Translations under genes and position numbers: made by a program
Source of the DNA: Cladosporium halotolerans
Lineage: Eukaryota
DNA length: 64,000 nt
Assembly (NCBI RefSeq): GCF_011745625.1
Contig: NW_027191478.1
Span: 1-64,000 of the forward strand
Reading direction: 5' to 3'
Shown here: positions 1 through 11,508 of the stretch, piece by piece
Layout of the letters: each line of letters starts with the position of its first letter
Numbering within the stretch: the stretch's first letter is position 1
Notes under the pieces: generated by a model
Seen by the model: only the letters and a program-made list of their open reading frames with translations
The model's database searches: none
Told to the model about the DNA's origin: nothing

Positions 1-97
1 CCTGATTGCTGATTGATTTCTGATTGAGCGCCCACCTGACTGATTTGATTCCTGATTGAGCTTCACCTGATTCTGAATATTCAAGATTCAAGATCTA
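1..97. mobile_element. Probable end of a transposable element (subterminal repeat array) abutting/interrupting the sugar transporter gene
   Basis: Repeated CTGATT/TGATT units, two copies of TGATTGAGC..CACCTGA (21-39, 53-70), tandem ATTCAAG x2 (79-92) and a TGAATATTCA palindrome. On the minus strand it begins TAGATCTTGAATC exactly where transporter homology stops. Superfamily cannot be assigned from 97 nt. Confidence 0.45.
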
Positions 98-330
98 TGA
101 ACTGAGGTGGAAGTACTCCGTGTAAGAAGGCAGGATATTCAAAGCGTTCATCATAGACGCATCATAGCCCAAAACCTATTGACCTCAGCTAGGGGAAAAC
201 AAATAGCGGATCCCATGCGACTGACCGATGCGGTACTGAACGAAGTCACCAACACCAAGATGTTGACGACCTTTGAGCTTGCTGGCACCCACGACGGGAA
301 TGTGGAAACGAGTGACACGATTGGAGCCAT
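95..330 (-). pseudogene. MFS sugar porter (lactose/cellodextrin permease-like), 5' fragment, truncated
   Basis: Exon 330-226 MAPIVSLVSTFPSWVPASSKVVNILVLVTSFSTAS, intron 225-176 (GTCAGT..CTGAG..TAG), exon 175-98 VLGYDASMMNALNILPSYTEYFHLSS, then TAG at 97-95. GYDxSMMNxLNILPSYxxYF is the TM1/loop motif of fungal sugar porters. Not in the supplied ORF track. Confidence 0.8.
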
Positions 331-1492
331 GATCTTGGAAGACGGGCTGTGAATTGTAGAGCATTCCTGACGATGGCTGCTGCATCGAGGACGTTCCTCT
401 TCTTAACAATTGCATGGATTGCCATAGGATTGCCCTCGCTCAAACAGCCGGGCTCCCAGTCCGTTTGCCTGCACGGCAATGCAGCCAGACTTCTAGCGGC
501 TTATCAGGTGTAGTCTGCTCAACGTTTACAGTACACGAGATGAGCACCTCTGATTCGGTTGCTGGCTTCTCCCATCGCAGCACTTCGGGAGGACCACAGA
601 CTGTGCTTGTAAGGCCTAGTCCACAATAGCGCTCTTATCGCCCGTTCTGCACATTTGGCAAAGTCATCCAGTTACTTGCGTCTGATAAGCATGGGCTGAG
701 GTAGACATGGAGGTCTCGCGATAGCCATGCCGGAGAATGCTCCACGCAATCAGGCAGCGTGTCAGCGTATTAGTTCAGTGGATTGCGGTGGGGAGCCAGC
801 GCTGAGAGTCAGTGCAGCCACCGCCAAGACAGCGGAGTTTTGATGCAGATTGTCCGCGCGCGGAGGTCCACACCGCGCGCTCTAGGCTCACCAAGTTCAC
901 GCCTTCAGTCGCGGATGACGCTGCTGGAGCAATACTGCAGCGTTGTTGCATCTGACTTGACGCTGGACAACTCCCTTCACACGGAACAGGGATCTCAGCA
1001 TCGCTAGCGAGGCGGACTCCTGCCATTGAGGCGCGGGCGGCCTCCGAATCACTCCACAGCGTTATCACCGGGGCTTCGGGAGACATTGGCTGCTTTAGGC
1101 ATTCTTCGTCTGGGGGCAAACCTCAGTGCCGATAGTATCAGGTAGAAGGCATGTGCTGAGCCTCGAACTCCAAGATGAAGAATTTGATACTGCTCCTTCC
1201 ACGCGATGCGTCGGCAGAAGACCCGCAGGTCCGATTTCGCGACAGAAGACTCAACGCGGGGCCCGGAGGGCTCTAGTGATAAGCTGGCTTCGTCAACACC
1301 GTGTCAAGCGAAGAATGGTGGAGCTTAACCCGATGCAATGGCTCGACTACTAGACTCCGCCTCGTCGGCTCTATATCTAGCTGGCGACCCAGACCTCTCA
1401 ACGGCAATACAATTCTGAACTTGGTGGCATTGAGACCTGAGTAACATTCTTCAACGATCCCACTCGTTATTGTCAGGTCGAAGACACCGCCA

Positions 1493-4178
1493 ATGGACAC
1501 CCCTCTGACCGATGTTGAGGACCTGGTCGAGCAACTGACTCTGGAGGAAAAAGTGTCCTTGCTTTCTGGAGCCGATGGATGGCATACCCAGAATATCGTT
1601 CGACTTGGGATCGGGTCTATCAAGGTATAATAGAGAATTTGGCTCCCAGACTCAATGTCTATTCGTCTAACAACGGCGTGTCCAGGCAACCGATGGTCCC
1701 GCAGGAGCGAGGGGTGAGCTTTCTGTGGGGGGGCAGACCGCTGCGCTACTCCCAGCGCCAGTACTGCAGGCGGCGACGTGGTCGAAAGAGTGTGTCAAGG
1801 CGTTGGGCCGCATACTTAGCTCTGAAGCCCAATCAAAGTCCGCAGACATCCTGCTTGCGCCTACGATATGCTGCATGCGAAACCCACTCGGCGGCAGGAA
1901 CTTTGAGTCCTTCTCGGAAGATCCGGTATTAAGTGGCAAGCTTGGGATCGAGTATGTTGCTGGCGTGCAAGAGAGCGGGAAAGTCGCCGCGACAGCAAAG
2001 CATTAGTGGGTGTTTTGAACTCTTCCGGTCCGAATCTATTGCTAAGCGAGCAGTGTGGCAAATGAGCAGGAATATCATCGCTTCAGTGTCAGTGCTGAGC
2101 TCGAAGAAACAGCACTTCGAGAAATCTACCTTCGTCCGTTTGAGATGTTTGTAAAGTCAGATCATCCGCCTCACTGTCTGATGACGGCATACAACCGAGT
2201 CAACCTTGAGCATATGGACATGCATGAGACACTGGTGAAACGTGTTCTCCGCGAAGAATGGGGGTATCAAGGGTTGGTCATGAGTGATTGGGGTGGCACG
2301 AACTCCACTGTGCAAAGCGTTCTGGCGGGCTGTGACCTTGAAATGCCAGGGCCTCCTTTGCGCAGAGGCAGCAAACTGTTGGCCGAATTGACGTCTTCCC
2401 AGGACAGTGAACTTAGACGAGCGATTGACGAGTCGTGCACTCGACTGCTTGCTCTGGCGAAACGATCAGGCAAGATCGGCCTCAATGCCATCGACACAGA
2501 GAACAGCCGGCACAGACCTGAAGCCACATGCACAAGCCGAGATGACCTTGCCACGCTCCGCCGAATCGCCGGATTTGGTACAGTGTTGTTGAAGAATGAT
2601 CGACAAGCGCTTCCTCTCGACCCTGCAAGTCTACATGGCAAGAACATTGCCTTCATAGGCCAAAATGCCGTGAAAGGAGCCTCAAACGGCGGTGGCAGTG
2701 CCGCGATCAATCCTCAGTATCTTAGTCAGCCATTAGATTCTTTCTGCACAGCACTTTCCGACGAAGGAATTAACGCAACCGTTCGAAGCGCACTTGGATG
2801 CCGCACCGACAAATGGCTCCCACTGCTATCGAAAACAACGTGGAGGGTAGCTCCAGAGACCGACGACCTACTCATGGTCGAGTTCTTCTCATCGATCGAT
2901 TGCACGGGGCCCATCATTGAGCAACAGCTAAGGCAAAGCTCAAACGTTGATCTCTTTGACTCTGGCCCAGCATCTCTTAGGGACTCTGGCAAGCCATATT
3001 CTCTCCGCTTGACATCTACATTGATCCCAGCAATGTCCGGCACCCACTCATTCGGTCTTTCTAGTGTCGGAAACGCAAAGCTCTACATAAACGATGATCT
3101 TCTTCTCGACAACACTCATTGGAAGGGCTTGAGCGAGACATTCTATGCCTTTGGCAGTCCGGAGAGCCGCGTCAGCGTAGCTATGCAAGCTGGGCAGTCC
3201 TACACCGTGAGGGTTGAGTCTTGGTCCAAAGCTGGAAACGAAGAGAACAGTGACAGCTCGGATAATGCCGACTCTATGCATGTGTATGGTGCACAACCTT
3301 CGGTCAGATTGGGATTTCTGGAGGAAGAAAAGTCCACCATACTAGAAGCTGTAGAGTTGGCAAAATCCAGCGATCTCGTCGTCGTCATAATTGGGCTGAG
3401 CGAGGAGTGGGAAAGCGAAGGATATGATCGGCAGACGATGGATCTACCGGGAAAACAAGATGAGCTTGTGAGCAGCTTGCTGGATTCCGTCGAGCTTCGT
3501 GAACGTATCATCGTGGTCAACCAGTCAGGCTCCCCAGTACACATGCCGTGGCAAGAAAAAGCACCCACAATACTACAAGCGTGGTATGGTGGACAAGAAG
3601 CTGGCAATACACTAGCTGATGTGCTACTCGGCTACACGAGCCCAAACGGACGTCTTCCGATGACTTGGCCCAGATCGTACTCCGATTTACCTTTTGCAAA
3701 AGACCCGGCAACCTGGCCTGGAATTGATGGTGTCGTGAAGTATAGAGAAGGCGTCAAAGTGGGCTATCGATGGTTTCATGATACTGAAACCGAACCGCAA
3801 TGGTGGTTTGGGTACGGGCTTAGTTACACGACGTTCAGCCACACAATCTTAAGCATCTCAACCTTGAGAGACAAATGGATCGCGACAGTCCGGGTCACCA
3901 ACACACGCTATGTGGCTGCCGAAGAGCTTGTACAGGTATATGTATGGCCATCGCAGCAGCCATCACTGAAATCGCTGGCAGCGTTCGAGCGGACTTGCTT
4001 GATAAGACCTGGAGACGAGGAAGTACTGAAAGTCGAGATACAGCTTCGAGACATCGCCAACTGGGTTGATGGTGGTTGGCACTTGTCAGAGGGATCGTAC
4101 GCAGTCGCTTGCGCCAAACACGCAGGTGACCGGGATATGTCGGTCCAATACGTCACTATAGCCCACGCAACTCTCTAA
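1493..4178 (+). CDS. GH3 beta-glucosidase with PA14 insertion and C-terminal FnIII-like domain, no signal peptide
   Basis: Exons 1493-1624, 1686-2005, 2054-4178. Motifs LTLEEKVSLLSG, DGPAGARG, GRNFESFSEDP, KHY-VANEQE, nucleophile motif VMSDWG, WESEGYDR, FGYGLSYTTF. Confidence 0.95.
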
Positions 4179-5022
4179 ATGCACGGCATTGTGGCTGTGT
4201 TGGTTAGTCCATTGCTTCAGATTGAACGAAAGTACGTCAAACCGCTGAACAGAAACTCGCTATTCGGGAGCTTGCCATCGCAACCCGGCTATTTTCAACG
4301 GTGTGGGTCCATCTAGACATACAAGCTCTTGGAAGTCAGCTCTAATAGAATATCCTATATGTCCATGTGACGATAGTCCTAGCTCTACGTCTCAGTGGAC
4401 TCTAAGTGAAGTTGAGCGTCTTGCACAGGGGCGAGCACCAAGCTGATGACTTCGGGCAGCCACAACATCTGGCCCTCTAACAATTCGACAGGCATTGTCG
4501 CCGACGCGAGAAAGGATTTGAGCGGACTCTCGAACTTGACATTCATGATTATAGTGTACCTTCGCTTCCACCTAGCCTTTGTATGCCGCTCCAGAGTCCC
4601 TCACTTTGCGCCAAGCGGCCATCATGATGCTCCGGAAAAGCGTCCTACGAACTTCACTCTCGACCTCGAGTCGGGCAGTAGAAGGAGTGAAGACAAACTT
4701 CATAATGGGTAGAAGGTATTGCTTGTTTACGTTAGGGTTAGGGTTACGTTATTATGAATCCTGGTAGTCAGATGTGCAAAGCCAAGCGCTTTTTTAGGCA
4801 GAGAAAGGTCAGTGGGTTATAATCATGCTCACAACACCTGTCGCGACCCACATAATCTCGCCGCGGGAGGCTTACAATGCATCAAGAAACGCTTGTCGCT
4901 GTCAGAACTGCGGGGACGCTTAGTGGTCCTCGCTTAAGGCTCTTCCCGAGGTATTTTGAGTTCATTCTAGTACTCAGGCGTGAGAACGTGTGTAAGGACT
5001 CCATCGGCCCTAGGAAAGAGTT

Positions 5023-5213
5023 CTATCTATATTTTATCCGTTGAACTCGCTATTCACGTAAGACACGCCCGTAAGCTTCTATCTTGAAAATGTCTTGGCA
5101 CGACAGATGTTCTGGTACGCATTGTGACTTACCTACCGAGATAAAGATATCCCCGCTTTTTGCCCCTGGTATGCCGAGCTCCGACCGCAGACGTCCGCAA
5201 ACCTGTGTTATCA
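5023..5213. promoter_or_regulatory. Cluster of four HGATAR (AreA/Nit2-type GATA) sites upstream of the nitrilase
   Basis: CTATCT 5023-5028, CTATCT 5079-5084, AGATAA 5139-5144 and TTATCA 5208-5213, followed by a TATA-like tract near 5236-5248. Confidence 0.45.
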
Positions 5214-5326
5214 GCCCGGATGATTGCTTCGCGGTATAGCATATATACTTCGGCAACGTAGCTCCTTGAGCGTTCGTTTCTTGCTCGGCAGCCCCAATCG
5301 AGCGATTTTGCGGTGCGAGCGTCAGC

Positions 5327-6490
5327 ATGCCCGCTCTCAAGCGTCTGAAGACGCTACGCGCAGCGGCTTGCCATGTTGCCCCAGTCTTCTTGGACGCGAC
5401 GAAGACCACCGAAAAATGTGTGAGCCTCATCAGAGAGAGTGGGCGGAACGGTGCCAACTTGGTCGTTTTCCCCGAGTCCTACATCGCAGCTTTCCCTGTG
5501 TGGAGTGCGTTGCGATCGCCAGCGGAGAATCACAACCTCTTCAAGCGTATGGCACAAGAATCTCTCTTTGCCGACGGCAACCAGCTCGCACACGTCCGAC
5601 GTGCCGCCAAAGAAGCGGGGGTGATGGTCAGCCTAGGCTTCTCCGAAAGGGCTCGCTACAGTAGTGCGACGCTCTGGAACAGCAACATGTTCATAGACGA
5701 GAACGGAAAGGTTCTGAACCACCATCGGAAACTAGTACCGACCTTCTTCGAGAAACTCACCTGGAGCCCTGGTGATGGACATGGGTTGCGAGTGGTCCCG
5801 TCAAAATACGGCAAAATCGGAAACCTGATCTGTGGAGAGAACACGAACCCGCTGGCGCGGTACACATTGATGGCGCAAGGCGAGCAAGTACACATTTCCT
5901 CGTGGCCATCAGTATGGCCAACCAGATTTATTGGAGCTCAGCCAAATCCGGATGAAGAGGCATCAAGGCTGGAAGACAGCCAACCGAAAAATTACGACAA
6001 TGTGTATGCCAACCTCGTCAGAGCCGCAGCACACTGCTTCGAGGCGAAGTGTTTCGGAATACTATGTTCCGGCTTTCTCGACCAACCTGCGATCGACATC
6101 ATCGCAGAGGGCGCATCGAACGAAGAAAGCGTTCGAAAGACGTTAGCGTCCTCGCAGAAAGGCGCCAGCATGTTCCTGGACCCAACTGGCCGCCCTATTT
6201 CGGGCTTCACTATCACTGAAGGCATCCGCAAAGACGCGGAAATGCTGCAGAATGAGGAAGGCGTACTATACGCTGACTTCCATGTCGAAGACGGCATCGA
6301 GGGTAAGCAGTACCATGACGTGGTCGGTGGATATCAGAGATTTGATGTTTTCGATCTACACGTTGACCGAAGACGCCAAAAGCCAATAGACTTCAGCAGA
6401 GCTTGTGACTACGACCCGACCCAAGATGACCAGCTAAAATCGGACACGACCCTTCGATCAACTAAACGCAGGGCAAAACTCATGGATTAG
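5327..6490 (+). CDS. Nitrilase (carbon-nitrogen hydrolase family), intronless
   Basis: Catalytic triad motifs VVFPE (Glu), HHRKLVPT (Lys), LICGENTNPLARY (Cys); C-terminal DVVGGYQRFDVF. Confidence 0.93.
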   Translation: MPALKRLKTLRAAACHVAPVFLDATKTTEKCVSLIRESGRNGANLVVFPESYIAAFPVWSALRSPAENHNLFKRMAQESLFADGNQLAHVRRAAKEAGVMVSLGFSERARYSSATLWNSNMFIDENGKVLNHHRKLVPTFFEKLTWSPGDGHGLRVVPSKYGKIGNLICGENTNPLARYTLMAQGEQVHISSWPSVWPTRFIGAQPNPDEEASRLEDSQPKNYDNVYANLVRAAAHCFEAKCFGILCSGFLDQPAIDIIAEGASNEESVRKTLASSQKGASMFLDPTGRPISGFTITEGIRKDAEMLQNEEGVLYADFHVEDGIEGKQYHDVVGGYQRFDVFDLHVDRRRQKPIDFSRACDYDPTQDDQLKSDTTLRSTKRRAKLMD

Positions 6491-6914
6491 TAAGGTTGTC
6501 ACCCATACTTGATCGTAATAGGTCCCTTGGTAGGCGACAAAGGTGTAGGCACAGGATGGCTCCTGGAGCAATTTTTGCGTTCGAAAGGCCTGCTTCTCAA
6601 TTTGGTTGAGGTGTTGCAAGGAGTCTCGTCATAGCAATCGGAGGTTTGTTGAGCACGAATCAGTGTCAAGCAATACTATCCTGCGCACACTTATACATTT
6701 TACTTTGGTAAAGGGGACGAGGAGAGACCATGATGAAGGGAGGGCGTTATACACTCTTCAGTCTGTCCTAGGAAGCTTTTCTCACATCCTCACCAAATGT
6801 CAGGAACAACCCGTCACAGGAGCATGAGTTAACGCTCATGAACGGACACCACCCGATCATCCTCTCGTGTGGAGCTCGCCCATGTGTGACTCCTTCCACC
6901 GCATCACGTATTCG

Positions 6915-7526
6915 TCATCCGCAATCGCAATCACTATCATGCTCCGGCTCCTTGAACTCATACGGTTCACCCTCCTTATATCCATCAGGACCGTCGCTGA
7001 GGGCTTTGCGTAGCTGCTCGATCGCCGCGTTGCGAAAGCCCACCGAATGATAATTTTTGTGCATGAAGTTTCTCAAGAATGTGGGCAACTTGCAGCCTAA
7101 TGTCATGGCGCAAGCACCGATGAGCACGAGCTCGTATCCGGTGTTGTATACGCTCCAATCATCTTGCACTTTCGCGGCTGTTTTCTGAACCAACTCGAAC
7201 AGAGCTCCGTTGTTGAGGTACTCGCGCACAAACGGGATGTCCGAGCATTCGGCGCTCCATATGGAGAAGTAGATGCCATTGTCGCGGCAGACCTGCCAAC
7301 AGTCGTCGTCATTGTCGGAAGATGGCTTTGCGTCTTTCCCTGAAGTCGTGAGATCCGCGTCGTCGTGCGGGATATCCGCAGGCTGCCCAGAGTCGGCAGC
7401 CTTCTGGGCTCTTTGTTGGGAGAGAACCACTTTCTCCAAGTCACTGAGACCAGCTTCATGGGATGCATCCGAGATCAAGTCGAATTGCGTTTCAGATTGG
7501 AAGAGCCCTCCGCCCCACCAGCCCAT
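6915..7526 (-). CDS. Hypothetical fungal protein (MGWWGGGLFQSE N-terminus)
   Basis: 203-aa ATG ORF with globular-protein composition; the N-terminus resembles the MGxWGxxxF start of DUF4259-like proteins (unverified). Confidence 0.6.
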   Translation of the reverse strand: MGWWGGGLFQSETQFDLISDASHEAGLSDLEKVVLSQQRAQKAADSGQPADIPHDDADLTTSGKDAKPSSDNDDDCWQVCRDNGIYFSIWSAECSDIPFVREYLNNGALFELVQKTAAKVQDDWSVYNTGYELVLIGACAMTLGCKLPTFLRNFMHKNYHSVGFRNAAIEQLRKALSDGPDGYKEGEPYEFKEPEHDSDCDCG

Positions 7527-7879
7527 GGTGCTCGTATCTGCAGTCAGACCCAGCCGTTAGTAGGCTCCAGATATCTCATGTTCTCAGACTCGCCTACCCT
7601 TGGCTTATGCGTCTGAGATTGTGGCGTCGTATTGGTGCTTCTTCGAGAAGCATCTAAAACTCACAGTGAGGCTCTGTGGAGTAACAAATACACGGTCATG
7701 CAGAGAATATTGAGCCGGTGTGGGGGCTGCAGGACGCTTCTTGAGAAGGCACATTGATCGCGCTAGGCAGACGCGTCATTGCGCGTTCTCACGTGCCGAC
7801 ACTACAATTCCACACACTTCGCGACACTTCAGCTCTCTCATTGACATATACTCAACTCGCGCCCGCCAGATGATGCCCC

Positions 7880-9916
7880 TCAATGTTCGCAAAGATTGTA
7901 CGAATCAAAATTCCTCTCAACATGAGGCATGAGCTTCGTGCGCTCCTGCATCAGCTCCAACCGCAGCTTTTTGGCAGTCTCCAAACTCATCGGATAGTCA
8001 TTCGTGTGCTCTCTAATCATCTCCTCCAGCTCAGCAGCCAAGTCCTGCTTCGCCAAAATCTTGTCAATGGTTTCGGGCGCGAGCCAATCGTGCTGCTGCG
8101 GAGGAACATTGGCAGTGGAGGCAATGCGATAGGTGGGGTCGACGAGCCACAGAACCAAGAAGCGGCGGTGACCAGGCCGGGACGGGTCCGAGAGCTTGAA
8201 TGGCTGCACGCGGTGCTGAAGCGTGTTGGGAAAAGCGATCATGCGGTCTTGCTTGCACTGCAATGTGCCAAGGAACTGGATCGCGGGCTCATCTCTCATT
8301 TGCTTGGTCCCGAAAACTGTTGCCAATGGCTCATGCACGTCTTGTTCGTAGCCGAGGCTCAACTCATCGAGTTCGGCCTCCACTCTGAAGTCAATGGCAG
8401 AGCTTGTGATGTTTTCAACGTCGTAGTAGTAGATAGCTGTGCCTATGATGTCTGCGAACGATGTCAGTAAGGAATTATTTCACTCTTCTCTGGATTGTGG
8501 TCTCTTACGTTCATTGAGCATTCCCTGACATAGAAGCGTCAGCATTGAGTCTCGAACATAGTATGTCAAGCAACGTACCTCAAGATGCCATGATCCACCT
8601 TCATACGACGGCTTCTCGGGAGTAAGCTCGACGCTTGCCAACTTCACAATGACTTGCAACCCCTGGGTTCTAAAGTCTTTTTCCAGGCATACAGGATAAT
8701 ATCCGTTGAAATTTGTCGTTGGGGAGCCGAGCGATTCACTATCCTCGGACTTCTGGAGTCGCCCCAGCTTCCAGTCATCATACGAGTACGAGTCGCCAGG
8801 AGTAGGGTGTTCAACCTCTGCGATTCGCTTGAACTTCCAATCGACGGCCGTCTGGAGCTCATAGTCGTCAAGATCGTCTTTCCAGGTGCCATTTTTGTAA
8901 CGGTCATCGTCAGCATGGTCATTCGATTCGTCAAATTCGGGATTATTCGGCAAATCGAGGTACCTCTGCACCTTCTGTACGGCTTCCTCGAAGCCTTCGT
9001 CATCTCTCAAGCTAGGGAGGTCTTGAAGATGTTCAGGCTTCTCAGACGTGTAGCCGGCGCTTGTGGTCATGATACGCGGGGGTGTGCGACTGGAGTAGCC
9101 CTTGACTAGCACTTCATTCCACATTGGTATTGCTTTGCTGACGATCTTCGAGATCGTCGAATAAAGGCCTTTGTGGTGGATGGGGTGGAGGTTGTTGATG
9201 TAAGACGTGAATTCGACGTCCGTCGGTGCAGCATCTTCCGACTTGAATCTGACCTCCGATGGCAGCCATTGGAAACGTGCGGAAAAACTGTCGTCTTGAC
9301 TCTCCGAAGTCTGCTCCGGAGCCAGCATCCCTTTCCCACAGTAGTCAAGGCAATCTAGCAGACCCACACGGCCACTATGAAGCACGTGTGTGCGTCCATA
9401 CACAAGCGGAAAGAGTGATGGGTGGACAAGGTTGAGGACCTGCTCGTTCGAGTTTGGGTGCCAGTCTTTGACCTTATCGTCGACTTCTAGCAGAGGTCTG
9501 ACACCGGCTAGAAGCTCATCTCGAAGAGTCGACTCAATCAAGCCATCAGCCTTTGCGCAAGGAGATCCAGAATTTAAAGTCTTGACGAATTGGTGATCCC
9601 GGAGAAATTCTGTCTCGTCTCTCAGCTCCCTCAGAATCCAGTCCCAAGCTTCGGGCGAAATAAGCGGAAGAGCCGTTGCTTCAGCGCGCCACTTTTCGAC
9701 AATAGCTTCGTTGAACACCTTCTCTTGCCACCCTGGTTTGTCAGTGATGCCGTCCATGACGGCCAGCATGGCGATCTCGACCTGAACAAGCCTTTGCTGC
9801 TTAAAGTCATTGACGCCGTGAGCGAAGCGGTCTTCAGGTACAGTCTCCCACGTCAAGGGCGTGTTAAAGCCTGGGACATCGAGCGGCACCTCGCCGGAAT
9901 TGTCGAATGCCGACAT
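7880..9916 (-). CDS. DUF4246-family protein (putative double-stranded beta-helix / Fe-oxygenase-like)
   Basis: Exons 9916-8579, 8524-8509 (16 nt), 8451-7880. Motifs KDWHPNS..VLNLVHPSLFPLVYG, FQWLPSEV, LQVIVKLASVELTPEKP, WHLEGMLNEHI, FPNTLQHRVQPF, GHRRFLVLWLVDP. Confidence 0.85.
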
Positions 9917-11508
9917 GTCGCTCGAGGAAATGAAGTGCTTGCTTTGGAGGATGGATACTCAAGGGAACGAGGCTACTAATGCCGAAGCAATGCTGAGATC
10001 GCCAGTGAATGTGAGTCTCCTTATACTCACTCGAGACTCCAGCCATTCGCTTAGTCTCGCTGGAGCTAGACTAGGCTGCACCTGGCCCGGCGGCCATGGC
10101 GTCTCGCGCCAAGGCTAATAAATCGACGTTGCTGCCTGCGCTGCCTGCGCACGGATTCAAGCGACTCGCCGGTGGTCGAGGCACATGGGCACGCACGTGA
10201 CAAGAGACGATGCACCTTGGATAAGCCACGAAGAGTGCCTGCTTGGACGTCGTGGAAGAGCAGCGACTGTGGGTGTGAAGACAGGGGTTCGGCATGGGAA
10301 CAGACGGTCTCGGACGCCGCGGACGCCAAAGCGGGAACGCTGGCCGGAGCGGGAGCGAAGCGCGCAGAGCCAAAGATCGTGGGATTTGGGCGAAGTGCCT
10401 TCGTCCCCGTCAATTGACCTTGGACTGTGCATTAATTAAGCATTCGAGATTACCTCTCACAGGTACAGATCAGCTACCGCCTCCTCAAACAGATTGCGAA
10501 GTCCTGCGTGTGCCGTACACAATAGCAAAAGTGCCCAGTTTTGCGGCGCGCACACAGCTCATGGCGCCTGTCCGAGGTTCTGGAGCGTTCGTGAGAGATA
10601 GACAATGAGTGAGGTACTCTTGCACTGGCCGGTGTCGCATACTTACCTCGACCTCATCTTTGCACGCCTCCTTCCGGTTGACGTCTCGTCTTATCGGCCA
10701 TTCAGCCCTGCAACGGCTTATAGGTAGGTCGCTGAGCGTCTCACGGTTGCAGTTCCTCCCAGTTACATATTCTGGAAAGACCGCTATCTGACTCGTGCCA
10801 CCATCTGCGCTTCCTCGACGGCACAGTCCATGCGCCTTTTGGAGTTTGTCCGCTGAATCCACGATTCTTGCATTACCCGTTCGGGAAGCGCATCCGTTTT
10901 ATGCACGCTCGTACAACCATCCGTGATGTGCCGCGCCATACTACTCAGCCGCTCTCTCGCCTTCTTCGGCATCGAAGTCTTGGCCGTATCTTGCTTCGAA
11001 TTCGAGGTCTTTCTGTCATTCGGACGCCGCGTGCCAGGACCCGAGCAGAAAATGTTCTCAGCCCGTCCAAATGGGCCTAGAGGGCTGACAAGGCACTACA
11101 AAACTCACAATGCCCACAACCGCGTGCTGGCTCGATCCAATCCGACAAAGGCCCAAAAAAACATCCGGGCCACATCTCGACTTCGAAGTGCGCGGGTCTC
11201 TGGGGCACCCTTTTGAGCCTCCAGAGCATCCGCAGCCAAGATTCTATGCCGTAGTCCTAGCCCATCGTGGCGGAGCATCTTGGTGGAGCACATGTTGAGC
11301 ATCAAACGACGATGTTTCCTGCGGCCTGGACCCGACCTATCCGGTATTGCTAAGCCACCGCATATCGTTAAAGATATATCCCTATGTCTCAGTCAGTTTG
11401 CAAGGGTATTTTCTAAGACCACAATACTGACGACTTCATACGACCTCATTCTGAGCTTGCCTTTCCGTCTTCCAGATCCCGTCTCATGAAAAATATCCGC
11501 CTACAAGA

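Noticed and set aside
1..97. CRISPR-like or telomeric interpretation of the terminal repeats
   Set aside because: The context is eukaryotic, the units are 5-19 nt without unique spacers, and they are not TTAGGG.
10000..11450. Many short overlapping ORFs (also 11860-12900, 26300-28400, 40700-41600, 45400-46300, 48400-49700)
   Set aside because: No recognisable motifs or consistent splice models. Some may be decayed genes, but I cannot support a call without a homology search.
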